Shown here piece after piece: positions 9,496-18,822 of a DNA stretch of 64,000 nt. The notes below the pieces were generated by a model that was not told where the DNA came from, did no database searches, and saw nothing but the letters and a program-made list of their open reading frames with translations. Position numbers and translations under genes: made by a program. How positions within the stretch are numbered: position 1 is the stretch's first letter; every line of letters starts with the position of its first letter. Source of the stretch: Candidatus Micrarchaeota archaeon (GTDB taxonomy: Archaea > Iainarchaeota > Iainarchaeia > Iainarchaeales > JAGVWC01); NCBI GenBank assembly GCA_043803815.1, contig JAZDJR010000031.1, forward strand, positions 613 through 64,612, read 5' to 3'.

Positions 9496-10464
9496 TTGTT
9501 GCCCGTGTTTTGCATGAACGGCCCATATTTACCCAAGGCATTCGAAGCCAAAATGAAAATCGTTTTGAAAGACGATTTTGGCGATTTTTGGAAATCGTGC
9601 CAGGTCAAGTCTCCGCGAACCGTTCGCGCCAATTCGTTTAAAATTTCGGCAAGTGAATTGCAAAAAATTTTCACGGAGCACAAAATCGAAAGCCAAGCGC
9701 ATCCCGCGATTCCGAATGTTTTGACCGTAAAAACCCCGTTTGTCCGCATCGGTTTGATGGATGAGCACCGCAGGGGGTTGTTCGTGGTGCAGGATGTTTC
9801 CTCCATGATTCCGCCTTTGGTGCTGAATCCGAAACCCGGCGAAGCCGTATTGGATATGGCGGCCGCGCCGGGCATGAAAACCTGCGAAATGGCGGAACTC
9901 ATGCAAAACCAAGGCGCGATTGTGGCGCTCGATTCCAACCGCGAACGCCTCAAGGGACTGCGCTTTAACCTTAACAGAATCGGAATCGTCAACACTTTGG
10001 TCGTGTTGGGCCGTGCGGAATCGTTTCGCCCGCGGTTCTTGTTCGACAAGGTTTTACTCGACGCGCCGTGCAGTTCCGAAGGCGTGGTTCGAAAGCGCTG
10101 GGACGCGCTCAAGAACTGGTCGCAAAACCTCGTGCTGAGAAAAGCCGAACTCCAAAAAAAACTGGTTTTGTCCGCTTTTGACGCCTTAAAAGACGGCGGC
10201 GAACTCGTGTATTCCACCTGCACTTTTTCACCGGAAGAAAACGAGGAAGTAATCCAGTTTTTGCTTTCCAAGCATTCGAACGCGCAAATCGAAAAAATCG
10301 AACCTATCAAAAATTTTATCTGGCATGAAGGATTGGAAAGCTATGGTTCCAAGGAATTCGATTCGGCAATGAAAAATTGCGTCCGCGTTTTGCCCCAGGA
10401 CAACGATTCGGAAAGCTTTTTTGTCGCGAAAATCAAAAAAAACCCGTGGAGGAAAAACCCGTGA
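9496..10464 (+). CDS. NOL1/NOP2/Sun-family RNA cytosine-C5 methyltransferase
   Basis: SAM-binding LDMAAAPGMKT. Motif IV DAPCSSEG. Motif VI TCTFSPEENE. Confidence 0.85.
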   Translation: MLPVFCMNGPYLPKAFEAKMKIVLKDDFGDFWKSCQVKSPRTVRANSFKISASELQKIFTEHKIESQAHPAIPNVLTVKTPFVRIGLMDEHRRGLFVVQDVSSMIPPLVLNPKPGEAVLDMAAAPGMKTCEMAELMQNQGAIVALDSNRERLKGLRFNLNRIGIVNTLVVLGRAESFRPRFLFDKVLLDAPCSSEGVVRKRWDALKNWSQNLVLRKAELQKKLVLSAFDALKDGGELVYSTCTFSPEENEEVIQFLLSKHSNAQIEKIEPIKNFIWHEGLESYGSKEFDSAMKNCVRVLPQDNDSESFFVAKIKKNPWRKNP

Positions 10465-10742
10465 CCGCCTATTCCCTATTGTCCGAATCTGAAGCCGCTG
10501 CGGTAAAGGAATTTTTCCTTGCAAGACACAGGGTGCCGGTTTCGTTTTGGGACAAATATATTTTGTGCAAGCGCGTGAATTCAGTGTGGGTAATGTCCGA
10601 AGGCGCGTGGCAAACCCAAAGGCTGGTGCGTGCGGATTCCGCGGGCCTGATGCTGTTGCTTAAATTGAAAAGTTTAAAGCCGAGCATGCAGGGGCTTGCG
10701 TTTTTAGAGGGGCTTGAAAAAGAAAAATCATCGGATGTTTAG
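10461..10742 (+). CDS. Small ORF translationally coupled (GTGA overlap) to the NSUN methyltransferase. Possibly a detached C-terminal RNA-binding domain.
   Basis: GTG at 10461 overlaps the TGA stop at 10462-10464. It encodes about 93 aa (VTAYSLLSESEAAAVKEFFLARHRVPVSFWDKYILCKRV...). Confidence 0.35.
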   Translation: MTAYSLLSESEAAAVKEFFLARHRVPVSFWDKYILCKRVNSVWVMSEGAWQTQRLVRADSAGLMLLLKLKSLKPSMQGLAFLEGLEKEKSSDV

Positions 10743-11279
10743 TAACGGGTATTCGCGTTCCAACCCTTCTTTTATTTTTTTAAGCGTTTCTATTTTGCTC
10801 GCGTTTTCGGTCAGGTTTACAAAAGAGCGCGCGGAATCGTCTTCGGCTACGAGCCGGCTTAACTCGTATTTGTGGACCGCGCTCCGCAATCGGATAAAAC
10901 CGTCCAGTTCTTTCAAAAGGGAGGAATATAAGTCAATCGCCAGCCACTGGTTCTTTCGGGTTGGCTCGTTTTGGGCTTTTTTAGCCAGTTCCAGGAGTTT
11001 TTGCTCGGCTTTGGAAAAACCTTTCAGAAACTTTTCTTCTCGAACCAGCGTTTTGGAGATGTGCGTGAATTGGTGGGCGTACAAAAATCTACTTATAGTC
11101 TCCCGCGCTTTTCGAATCTCTTCCGTTGAATACAACCCGTCATTCCGTTTAATCCGGTTCCGCCGGTACGCATTAATCCGCACATTTATCTTTAGTTTTC
11201 TTTTGTACCATGGCTTGGGGTTCAGGGCTTTTAACAAGGAGACCGGCTTTTTTGGCTTTGGAGTTGGCTGGATTCCCAT
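10728..11279 (-). CDS. Hypothetical Lys/Glu-rich protein
   Basis: The internal Met at 11279 gives a 183-aa product that avoids overlapping rfcS. The opposite-strand ORF 10714..11496 has a low-complexity, reverse-translation look. Confidence 0.4.
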   Translation of the reverse strand: MGIQPTPKPKKPVSLLKALNPKPWYKRKLKINVRINAYRRNRIKRNDGLYSTEEIRKARETISRFLYAHQFTHISKTLVREEKFLKGFSKAEQKLLELAKKAQNEPTRKNQWLAIDLYSSLLKELDGFIRLRSAVHKYELSRLVAEDDSARSFVNLTENASKIETLKKIKEGLEREYPLLNIR

Positions 11280-11331
11280 TGTTTTCACTTTCGTTTTTTC
11301 CACGTTTTTTGCCAGTGACAAAAAAGCCGTT

Positions 11332-12309
11332 TCACTTTTTGAATTTTCCGAATTGCGCCAAAAGCGCTTCGAGCTGTATTCGTTCGTTCGCGCCTTCCAC
11401 AAGGCGGAAGTTGTATTCTCCGATGACATCCACGAGTTCGATTTTGATTCTGCTGTCCAATTCACTTTCGTCCAGTTCCATGACTTCGCGGTATAACTGC
11501 AAAATGACGTCTTCGCCGCTCATGCCGTGGTCGTACAATAACGAGTCGAGTTTTTCGCGGGCTTCCAAAAACTTTCCTGCCAATGCCGCGTGAATCATTT
11601 GCTTGACTTCTTCGGGCTGTGCGCGAGAGCTTACATTGTATACGTTTTCTTCCGAAATTTTTTTGTTGACACTTGAGGCGGCTTGCAGTACGTTAATTGC
11701 TTTTCGCAGGTCGCCTTGGCAAACGTATTGAATTGCGTGAATTCCTTTGGCGTCCAAGATTAACCCTTCGATTTTCGCGACTTTTTGCAACGCGGTTTCA
11801 ATGTCTGTTGCGCTTAGCGGGCGGAATCGCGAAACCACGCAGCGGCTTTGAATGGGTTCGATGATTTTGCTCGAATAGTTGCAACTGAGGCAAAATCTAC
11901 AGGTTTTCGTGTATTTTTCCATGGTTCGGCGAAGCGCTTGCTGCGCGTCTGAAGTAAGCGCATCGCTTTCGTCCAAAAAAATGATTTTAAAATGCGTGTT
12001 AAAAGCCAACGTGCGCGCAAAATCCTTGATGGTGCCGCGCACGACATCAATCCCGCGCGCATCCGACGCGTTTAACTCAAGAAAGTTTCTTTCGAATCCG
12101 TCGCCGAACATTTCGCGGGCAAGGGCTACGGCCGCGCTGGTTTTGCCCACGCCTGCGGGCCCGGAAAATAGCAAATGCGGCATGTTTTGGCCGTTCACGT
12201 AGGTTTTGAGGCGCTGGACTACGGTTTGCTGACCGATAACGTCCGAAAGGGTTTTGGGGCGGAATTTTTCAATCCAGGGCAGTTCAAGTTCGGCGGGATT
12301 TTGGCTCAT
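11332..12309 (-). CDS. rfcS: Replication factor C small subunit (clamp loader), intein-free
   Basis: 325 aa. LLFSGPAGVGKTS Walker A. DEAD-like IIFLDESD. SRC motif (CRFCLSCN region, SRC variant). Confidence 0.9.
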   Translation of the reverse strand: MSQNPAELELPWIEKFRPKTLSDVIGQQTVVQRLKTYVNGQNMPHLLFSGPAGVGKTSAAVALAREMFGDGFERNFLELNASDARGIDVVRGTIKDFARTLAFNTHFKIIFLDESDALTSDAQQALRRTMEKYTKTCRFCLSCNYSSKIIEPIQSRCVVSRFRPLSATDIETALQKVAKIEGLILDAKGIHAIQYVCQGDLRKAINVLQAASSVNKKISEENVYNVSSRAQPEEVKQMIHAALAGKFLEAREKLDSLLYDHGMSGEDVILQLYREVMELDESELDSRIKIELVDVIGEYNFRLVEGANERIQLEALLAQFGKFKK

Positions 12310-12377
12310 CTGCTCTAATTGATTTTCAAAAGGCTTTAAATGGGTTTGTCAGGGTAATTTGCTATAAAACCGACTTT

Positions 12378-12908
12378 GTGTTAAACGGGGAAATACGAAT
12401 GGCTGTAAATACGCAATCCGTCTGGATTAATCGCCTGTTTGTTTTTATCCTGTTTTTGCTTTCGTATGCCCTTTTGTGGTTTATCGGCACAAGCCTTATT
12501 TCGGGCGCATGGAACAGCCCGATGCACTGGCTGATTCCGATTGCGGGGTTTTGGCTGGCGTATTTTTCCATTCACTGGTCCAGCGAGTATTTCGAAATCA
12601 AATCGTCGTCTTTGTGGTATCCGTTTGTCATCGCGGTTTTGGGCTTGGCTGCGTTTTATTTTTCCCAGTTTTTGTACTGGTGCAACGCTTTTACCGACAT
12701 TCGCGGCCTGAATACGAGCTGCGGCGGAACCGGCGTTACGCAAGCCGTCGACTTTGTCGGCAAGGGCTTTTGGGATCTTTTGAGCCGCGACGCTTTTTTC
12801 TATTTTGCCTTGGCCGTATTGCTGGCCTGGATTTCCAAACTCGTGCTTTCTTTGGCCATGGGTTCCCCCTCCGAATCGGCGGCTAAAAAAACCAAAAAGA
12901 AAAAATAA
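12378..12908 (+). CDS. Hypothetical membrane protein
   Basis: Four predicted TM helices and a Lys-rich C-terminal tail. Overlaps an antisense ORF of similar length. Confidence 0.4.
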   Translation: MLNGEIRMAVNTQSVWINRLFVFILFLLSYALLWFIGTSLISGAWNSPMHWLIPIAGFWLAYFSIHWSSEYFEIKSSSLWYPFVIAVLGLAAFYFSQFLYWCNAFTDIRGLNTSCGGTGVTQAVDFVGKGFWDLLSRDAFFYFALAVLLAWISKLVLSLAMGSPSESAAKKTKKKK

Positions 12909-12934
12909 ATCTTTCATTTTGTCTCCTTGTTTTT

Positions 12935-14215
12935 ATGAAAGTGTTTGTTGAAGGATATGGGTGCAGCGCCAATCTGGCGGAAACCGAGCAAATCAAGGGT
13001 TTTGTTCAAACCCAAAATTTTGAACTCGCGGATAACCCCGCAATGGCCGACATCATCATCGTCAACACGTGTGCGGTCAAAAAGCGGACCGAGTTTGCCA
13101 TGCAGCGCCGCATCCGTTTTCTATGCAAAGTCAAAAAGCCGGGCTGCAAAATTATCGCTTCGGGCTGCCTTTCCAAAATCAATCCGAACGCCCTGCAGCA
13201 ATTCGGTTCCCTGACTCCGGCTATTGTGCAAACCGGAACAGAACTGCAGGAAATTTCCACGGAACTGGGCGTAAAAGAAGCCGAATTCTCGCCCGCCTTG
13301 CCCCAGGTGCGGTTTCACGAAAAAATCGAAATCATTCCGATTGCAAAAGGCTGCCTTTCCGCCTGCAGTTTTTGCGGAACCAGATTTGCGCGCGGAAAAC
13401 TGCGCAGTTTTCCGGTTTTTGCATTAAATGAAAAATTCCGGCAGTCGATTGGCAAAACTCCCGAAATCTGGCTGGCTTCGCAGGACAACGGCTGTTACGG
13501 ATTCGATTTGAAAACCGATTTGCCGTCGCTCGTTCAAACCCTTTTGTCCAACGAAGGGGACTTTCGGATTCGCTTGGGAATGCTCTCGCCGCAGTATGTG
13601 CAGCGGTATTATGACGAATTCGTTTCGCTGTTTTCGGACGAACGCTTGTACCGGTTTATTCATCTGCCCTTGCAAAGCGGAAACAACCGCGTGCTTTCCG
13701 AAATGAAGCGGCAATATACCGCGGACTATTTCACGCAACTGGTATCCGACCTTCGAAAAGACATCGGCGAATTTTCCCTGTCAACGGATATTATTGCCGG
13801 ATTCCCGACCGAAACAAAACCCGAATTCAAGGACACTTTGGAATTGGTTGAAACAATCGGGTTTGATACTGTGAATATTTCGCGTTTCGGCGTTCGCCCC
13901 AACACCGGCGCGGCCGCAATGATTCAGATGACTGACCGCGAAAAAACGATTCGTTCGCACGAATTGCACCGGTTGTGCCGCAACATGTTTTTGAAAGCCA
14001 ACCAAAAGCTGGTCGGCCGCACAGAAAAAGTGCTGATATCCGAAAAAGCCAAAATAAACGGCTTTGTGGGGCGGACCAATTGCTATAAGCCCGTGGTCGT
14101 GCCCGATGCCGTTTTGGGCGAATTCGCAGTGGTGCAAATCCGCGAAGCGTTCCCGAATTTCGTAAAAGGCATTGTTGTTGAAAAACAGCCGATTGGCCGG
14201 ATTCAAACCCGATAA
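12935..14215 (+). CDS. MiaB-like radical-SAM tRNA methylthiotransferase (archaeal e-MtaB/CDKAL1-like)
   Basis: 426 aa. N-terminal MTTase domain cysteines. Radical SAM CLSACSFCGTRF. C-terminal TRAM-like domain. Confidence 0.85.
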   Translation: MKVFVEGYGCSANLAETEQIKGFVQTQNFELADNPAMADIIIVNTCAVKKRTEFAMQRRIRFLCKVKKPGCKIIASGCLSKINPNALQQFGSLTPAIVQTGTELQEISTELGVKEAEFSPALPQVRFHEKIEIIPIAKGCLSACSFCGTRFARGKLRSFPVFALNEKFRQSIGKTPEIWLASQDNGCYGFDLKTDLPSLVQTLLSNEGDFRIRLGMLSPQYVQRYYDEFVSLFSDERLYRFIHLPLQSGNNRVLSEMKRQYTADYFTQLVSDLRKDIGEFSLSTDIIAGFPTETKPEFKDTLELVETIGFDTVNISRFGVRPNTGAAAMIQMTDREKTIRSHELHRLCRNMFLKANQKLVGRTEKVLISEKAKINGFVGRTNCYKPVVVPDAVLGEFAVVQIREAFPNFVKGIVVEKQPIGRIQTR

Positions 14216-14281
14216 TAGCTCTGTTTTGGCCGTGGCAGGGTTTTGTTTAAAACCTTTTTTGTCGTTTATTGAATCGGTTTT

Positions 14282-15004
14282 ATGGTTTTGTACAAGGCTT
14301 TGCAGCAGTATCGCCAGCAGTTTGTCACCGTGCTCGTGTTTTTGCTGTTGGGAATTTTTGTCGGCGGCTTTTTGTTTTTCCCGAACTTTTTTTTAAGTTC
14401 CGGAACCGCTTTTTTGGAATACCAGTTGTTTCCCGCAAGCGCCTTTAGCTGGGCCCTTGAACTGGCTGCTATTTTGCTGTTCCTTGGTTTTTTGTCCGTA
14501 TTTTTGTCGGTTATGATTTTTGCGGTCCGCCAGGATTTGGCCAAAGTAAAGTTTGACCAGTACCTGCAGGAAAAAATTCCCAAGTTCAGCCTGGAAATGT
14601 TCGAGTTTTTCCTTGTGTTTTCCATTGTCAGTTTTGGAGCGGGCGTTTTGCTTGAAGGCATCGGCTTTCCAAGCATAATCGTCGCATTTTTGCTCTTGGT
14701 TTTGTCCTTGCTGTTGTTTTTTGTTCCGCAGTCCATTGTCATTGACGAAGTCGGCTGGGTGGAAGGAATCGAGCAATCGATTCATTTTTTGTTCAAATTT
14801 TCCGGCCTTGCGCTGTTTGTCATCGCAATCGGCCTTGTTTTGGTCGCGTTGCTGCCGTTCGTTGAATTGTTCTTTGACCAGTTCCAGTTTTTGGGCCGCT
14901 TTGTTTCCCTGTTTTTGCTTTTGCTAATCGTTCTTCCTTTTTTGGAAATCCTAAAAAGCGTCGCCTATCTGACCAAATACGAATTAATCAAAACGTGGAT
15001 GTAA
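14282..15004 (+). CDS. Hypothetical polytopic membrane protein
   Basis: 240 aa with six or more hydrophobic segments. Confidence 0.45.
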   Translation: MVLYKALQQYRQQFVTVLVFLLLGIFVGGFLFFPNFFLSSGTAFLEYQLFPASAFSWALELAAILLFLGFLSVFLSVMIFAVRQDLAKVKFDQYLQEKIPKFSLEMFEFFLVFSIVSFGAGVLLEGIGFPSIIVAFLLLVLSLLLFFVPQSIVIDEVGWVEGIEQSIHFLFKFSGLALFVIAIGLVLVALLPFVELFFDQFQFLGRFVSLFLLLLIVLPFLEILKSVAYLTKYELIKTWM

Positions 15005-15008
15005 CATA

Positions 15009-15503
15009 ATGCCCGATTCTCGCGTTCGAGTTTTGTTGGATACCACTATTTTTGGTGAATTGGCTCTTGAAACTTCGGTTGATTTTATTAAATGCATTTC
15101 GTCCTCAAACAAGCTTATCGTTTATGGCTGTTCTGTCACCCGAAAAGAATTGCGCGCTACTCCAAAAAACTACAAAAGCGGCGGTAAAAACTTTCGAAAC
15201 GCATTGCTGCGTTCTTATGACTCGTTAGTTCGGGGCCATGGCTTAGAAGTTACTTCGGTGATAGTGGCATTAGCGGATGAATATGCCCGTTTCTATAAAG
15301 GTTCTATTTCCAAATACAAGCTTCGAAACGATTTTTTGATTGTGGCGTGCGCAAGCATTCATCGGTTGGATGTTTTAGTTTCAGAAGATAATCATTCCAT
15401 GTTTTCAACTAAAGCGCTGGAATCCTATAACAAAGCCAATCAGCAAAACGGTTTTTCAACGCCCAAGTTCTGGTCGCTTGCACAATTAAAGAGGTTTGTC
15501 TAG
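15009..15503 (+). CDS. PIN-domain protein (VapC-like)
   Basis: N-terminal VLLDTTIF with the conserved Asp; PIN-like acidic residues further on (DVLVSED). Codon usage differs from flanking genes. Confidence 0.55.
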   Translation: MPDSRVRVLLDTTIFGELALETSVDFIKCISSSNKLIVYGCSVTRKELRATPKNYKSGGKNFRNALLRSYDSLVRGHGLEVTSVIVALADEYARFYKGSISKYKLRNDFLIVACASIHRLDVLVSEDNHSMFSTKALESYNKANQQNGFSTPKFWSLAQLKRFV

Positions 15504-15635
15504 CTAGTTTGTGCAATCAGTTTTTTGACGTATTCTTTAAATCGCGGGTCTTTTCGGGCTTCTGTAAGTTCAGCAATAACACGCGAAATCGACGGGTATC
15601 GCTTTAATGCCTTCTTTTTTCCCATACTATTCATA
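15504..15635 (-). CDS. Candidate small basic ORF convergent with the PIN gene
   Basis: About 43 aa: MNSMGKKKALKRYPSISRVIAELTEARKDPRFKEYVKKLIAQTS. Supported by ORF only. Confidence 0.2.
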
Positions 15636-15732
15636 CTATGGTTCGATAGTTAAAAAACTTTAACCCTTTTGCTTTCCAACCGCTTTTTTTGGTTTAGATA
15701 CCGTTTTTACCCCTTTTTTTCGAAAGCCTTAC

Positions 15733-15740
15733 TTTTAAAA
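15733..15740 (+). promoter_or_regulatory. TATA-like element about 26-33 nt upstream of the lrp ATG (consistent with a leaderless transcript)
   Basis: ttttaaaa, followed by a purine-poor spacer, then the ATG at 15766. Confidence 0.35.
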
Positions 15741-15765
15741 CCTTTTTTGTTCGGTTTTTATCTAC

Positions 15766-16248
15766 ATGGCGTTTTCTCTCGTGAGTTTGGATAAAATAGA
15801 CCACAAGATTTTACAGACCTTATTGGAAGACGGCCGGGCGTCTTTTTCGCAGATTGCCCGCGACGTTGACCTGACGGACGTGGCGATTAAAAAGCGCGTG
15901 GAATCCTTAAAGCGCAAAGGCGTGATTTCCTCGATTTCAGCCAATATTAATTTTCGCGTATTAGGGTTTGAAAATCCCGTTTTTGTGCAAATCCGGACCG
16001 AGATTGCCAAAAACAAGGACATTATCAAAAAGCTTCAGGCCATGGATTCCGTAATCGAGCTTCATCAGGTTTTGGGGGAATACAATTTTTTGGCCAAAGT
16101 GCTGGTGACGGATTTGAGTTCCGCGGAAAAAACCATCGGCATGCTGGGCCAGGTTGACGGCGTATTGGACGTTAAAACCCTGGTTGCGGTTTCGCAGCTC
16201 AAAACCATTGTGGCCCTGCCGACCGTAACCCTGCAAAAAAAATTGTAA
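15766..16248 (+). CDS. lrp: Lrp/AsnC-family transcriptional regulator
   Basis: 160 aa. HTH (DHKILQTLLEDGRASFSQIARDVDLTDVAIKKRVESL) plus a RAM domain. Confidence 0.85.
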   Translation: MAFSLVSLDKIDHKILQTLLEDGRASFSQIARDVDLTDVAIKKRVESLKRKGVISSISANINFRVLGFENPVFVQIRTEIAKNKDIIKKLQAMDSVIELHQVLGEYNFLAKVLVTDLSSAEKTIGMLGQVDGVLDVKTLVAVSQLKTIVALPTVTLQKKL

Positions 16249-16279
16249 CCTTTTTATTTAATAACTCTTTTTTTGCAAA

Positions 16280-18466
16280 GTGCATATGCAGCTGATTATT
16301 TCCGAAAAGGCGATTGCCGGGGAAAGAATCGCGTCCATTTTGGCTGGAAAAAACGTTTTGATGCAGCGCGAGGATTTTGCGCAGATGTTTTCGTTTCAAA
16401 AAGGAAACCGCGAATTTTTGGTCATTCCCTTGCGGGGCCATATTTCCAACGTGGATTTTCCCAAAAAATATTCGTACTGGCGCGGAACCGATCTTAAGGA
16501 ACTGGCGTTGGCGCCGATTGAATATGTGGCAACGGAAAAAGCCATCGTGGCGTTGCTCAAAAAAAAGGCGGTTTTGGCGGATTCCGTCGTGATTGCAACC
16601 GATGCCGACCGCGAAGGCGAAAGCATCGGAGTGGAAGCGCTGAATTACATCAAAGAATCCAACCCCAAAATTCTGGAATCGCGGGCGTATTTTTCCGCGA
16701 TGACCCCAAAAGAAATCACGGAAGCGTTTGAAAAACCGGTCAAAGTGGATTATCATTTTGCGGATTCCGCGGATTGCAGGCGCGAAGTCGATTTGATTTG
16801 GGGCGCGTGCCTGACGCGGTTTGTTTCCCTGATGGCGGGCCGCATGGGAAAAGACTTTTTGTCCGTCGGCCGCGTGCAGACGCCTGTTTTGGCTTTGATT
16901 GTCGACCGCGAAAAAGAGCGCAGGGCGTTTCAGACCAGAAAATACTGGATTGTCAGGGCCTTGTTTGAAAAAGATAGCGTCAAGTTTGAAGCCGAGCACA
17001 AAAAAGGAAAATTGTGGAACAAGGAAGAAGCCGATGAAATTTTAAAATCCAAGGACCTGTTTGGAGTCGTTTCGCAGGTGGATTCCAAGCAGCGCGTGCT
17101 TGAAAAACCGGTTCCGTTTTCAACGACCCGTTTTTTGCGCCAGGCAACCGTACTGGGCTTGACTGCGGGCGAAGCCATGAACATTGCAGAGTCATTGTAC
17201 CAGCAGGGTTTCACGTCGTATCCGCGAACCGACAACGAAACCTATCCGCCTTCCTTGGACTTGGACGAAATTCTGGGCGAATTGTCCAAAGTGCCCGACT
17301 TTGCTCCATTGGTCCAAAAAATCCGGCTTTTGGGAAAACTGAATCCTTCAAAGGGAAAAGAAACCAAGGACCATCCTCCGATTCATCCCGTTGCGTTTGC
17401 TTCCAAAGAGCGTTTAACGGAAAAGCAATGGCGCGTGTACGAATTGATTTGCCGAAGGTTTTTGGCGACTTTGGCCGAGGAAGCCGTTACCTTAAATACG
17501 CGCGTGGAACTGTTGCTTAAAAAAGAGCCGTTTATTGCCAACGGCCAGGTGATTCAAAAATTGGGATGGAAAGAATTTTACCCGTACAGTTCCTTGGAAG
17601 AAACGATTCTGCCCAAACTCGAAAAAGGCGACCAAGCCAGGCTGCTCGATTTGACTTCTTTGGAAAAGCAGACCTTGCCGCCGCCGCGCTACAGCCAAAG
17701 CGCGCTAATTAAATTAATGGAAGAGAATAATTTGGGAACAAAATCAACTCGGCACTCTATCCTGCAAAAATTATATGAACGCAGATATATTTCGGGGCTC
17801 AAAGCGATTGAACCCAACGAAATCGCGTTTTCCGTCATCAGTTCCCTGCAAAAAAACTGCAAAAAAGTGACGGAACCAAAACTCACGGCGGATTTGGAAG
17901 CGGAAATGGATGAAATCGCGTCGGGTGCCAAAGCCAAAAGCGTCGTGGTGTCGGATTCGAGAAAATGGCTTTTGGAAGTGCTTGAGCAATTGCTGAAAAA
18001 TAAGGACGAAGTCGCCTTGGAACTGCGCAAAGGCCTTCGCAACGATTCCATTTTGGGAAAATGCACACGTCCGGATTGTCCCGGCCAGTTGATTATGCGT
18101 TTTGGCAAAACCAAAAAGCGCTTTTTGGGCTGTACGGAGTATCCCAAGTGTACGACCACGTATCCTTTGCCGCAACTGGGCCGCTTAGCGCCGACTTCAA
18201 AGTCTTGCGATGTATGCGGCGTTCCCGTGATTCGCGTGACAGGCCAGCGCGGGAGTTTTGAAATGTGCGTGAACATGAATTGCGCAACCAAAGACGAATG
18301 GAAAAAGAAAAGCGCCGAACGATTGGCTGCCAAAGCGGCCGAAGGTTTAAAAGCGCCGGCCGCCGCGGTTCCAAAAACCCCGAAAGCTAAAACAGTTAAG
18401 CCCAAAAAAGAAAAATCCAAAAAAGTTTCCGCGAAAAAAGCCGATGAACCTGTAGTAACAAACTAA
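16280..18466 (+). CDS. topA: DNA topoisomerase IA (TopA/Topo III-like) with C-terminal zinc ribbons
   Basis: 728 aa. Toprim N-terminus. Active-site Tyr in GFTSYPRTDNE. Two C4 zinc-ribbon motifs (CTRPDCPG...CTEYPKC and CDVCGV...CVNMNC). Lys-rich tail. Confidence 0.9.
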   Translation: MHMQLIISEKAIAGERIASILAGKNVLMQREDFAQMFSFQKGNREFLVIPLRGHISNVDFPKKYSYWRGTDLKELALAPIEYVATEKAIVALLKKKAVLADSVVIATDADREGESIGVEALNYIKESNPKILESRAYFSAMTPKEITEAFEKPVKVDYHFADSADCRREVDLIWGACLTRFVSLMAGRMGKDFLSVGRVQTPVLALIVDREKERRAFQTRKYWIVRALFEKDSVKFEAEHKKGKLWNKEEADEILKSKDLFGVVSQVDSKQRVLEKPVPFSTTRFLRQATVLGLTAGEAMNIAESLYQQGFTSYPRTDNETYPPSLDLDEILGELSKVPDFAPLVQKIRLLGKLNPSKGKETKDHPPIHPVAFASKERLTEKQWRVYELICRRFLATLAEEAVTLNTRVELLLKKEPFIANGQVIQKLGWKEFYPYSSLEETILPKLEKGDQARLLDLTSLEKQTLPPPRYSQSALIKLMEENNLGTKSTRHSILQKLYERRYISGLKAIEPNEIAFSVISSLQKNCKKVTEPKLTADLEAEMDEIASGAKAKSVVVSDSRKWLLEVLEQLLKNKDEVALELRKGLRNDSILGKCTRPDCPGQLIMRFGKTKKRFLGCTEYPKCTTTYPLPQLGRLAPTSKSCDVCGVPVIRVTGQRGSFEMCVNMNCATKDEWKKKSAERLAAKAAEGLKAPAAAVPKTPKAKTVKPKKEKSKKVSAKKADEPVVTN

Positions 18467-18593
18467 TTTTTCGGAATCGGAATTAAACGGTTAAAAAAAT
18501 AATACATTTCTATTTTTTTGCAGGAATCAATTCCCAAATTTTGTTTTCAAAAAATTCGTTTTTTAAAATCAGTTTGTTTTTGGAATTCAAAAG

Positions 18594-18655
18594 CAGGGGG
18601 GCTCTAAAAAACCAGTTTGGCCTGGTGAGCCTAGCCCCCCTGTTTTTGCTTTTGA
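18594..18655 (+). other. Imperfect GC-rich hairpin followed by a T-tract (candidate terminator or small-RNA element) in a 356-bp AT-rich spacer
   Basis: CAGGGGGGCTC ...22-nt loop... GAGCCTAGCCCCCCTG, then TTTTTGCTTTTG. Confidence 0.3.
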
Positions 18656-18822
18656 TTTGTTCTATTGGTTATTTGTGTTTCCCTCCCGAATTTTTTTCGT
18701 TTGGCAGCTACCTTACGCTGGCGCCTTTTATATAAAATTGGCTATTTTTACTGTAAAAAAGATACTATTAAATTGTTTTTGAGTGTATTTTAAAGTACAG
18801 TTAGGCTGTTTTAGGTGTTTTA

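Noticed and set aside
9201-10310. 369-aa minus-strand ORF
   Set aside because: Fully antisense to the NOL1/NOP2/Sun methyltransferase, which has clear catalytic motifs. Ser/Cys-rich shadow ORF.
10714-11496. 260-aa plus-strand ORF overlapping the rfcS 3' end
   Set aside because: Phe/Ser/Leu-rich low-complexity translation. The opposite-strand 10728..11279 product is more protein-like and does not clash with rfcS.
16199-16999. 266-aa minus-strand ORF over the topA start
   Set aside because: Antisense to the Toprim domain of a clearly genuine topoisomerase.
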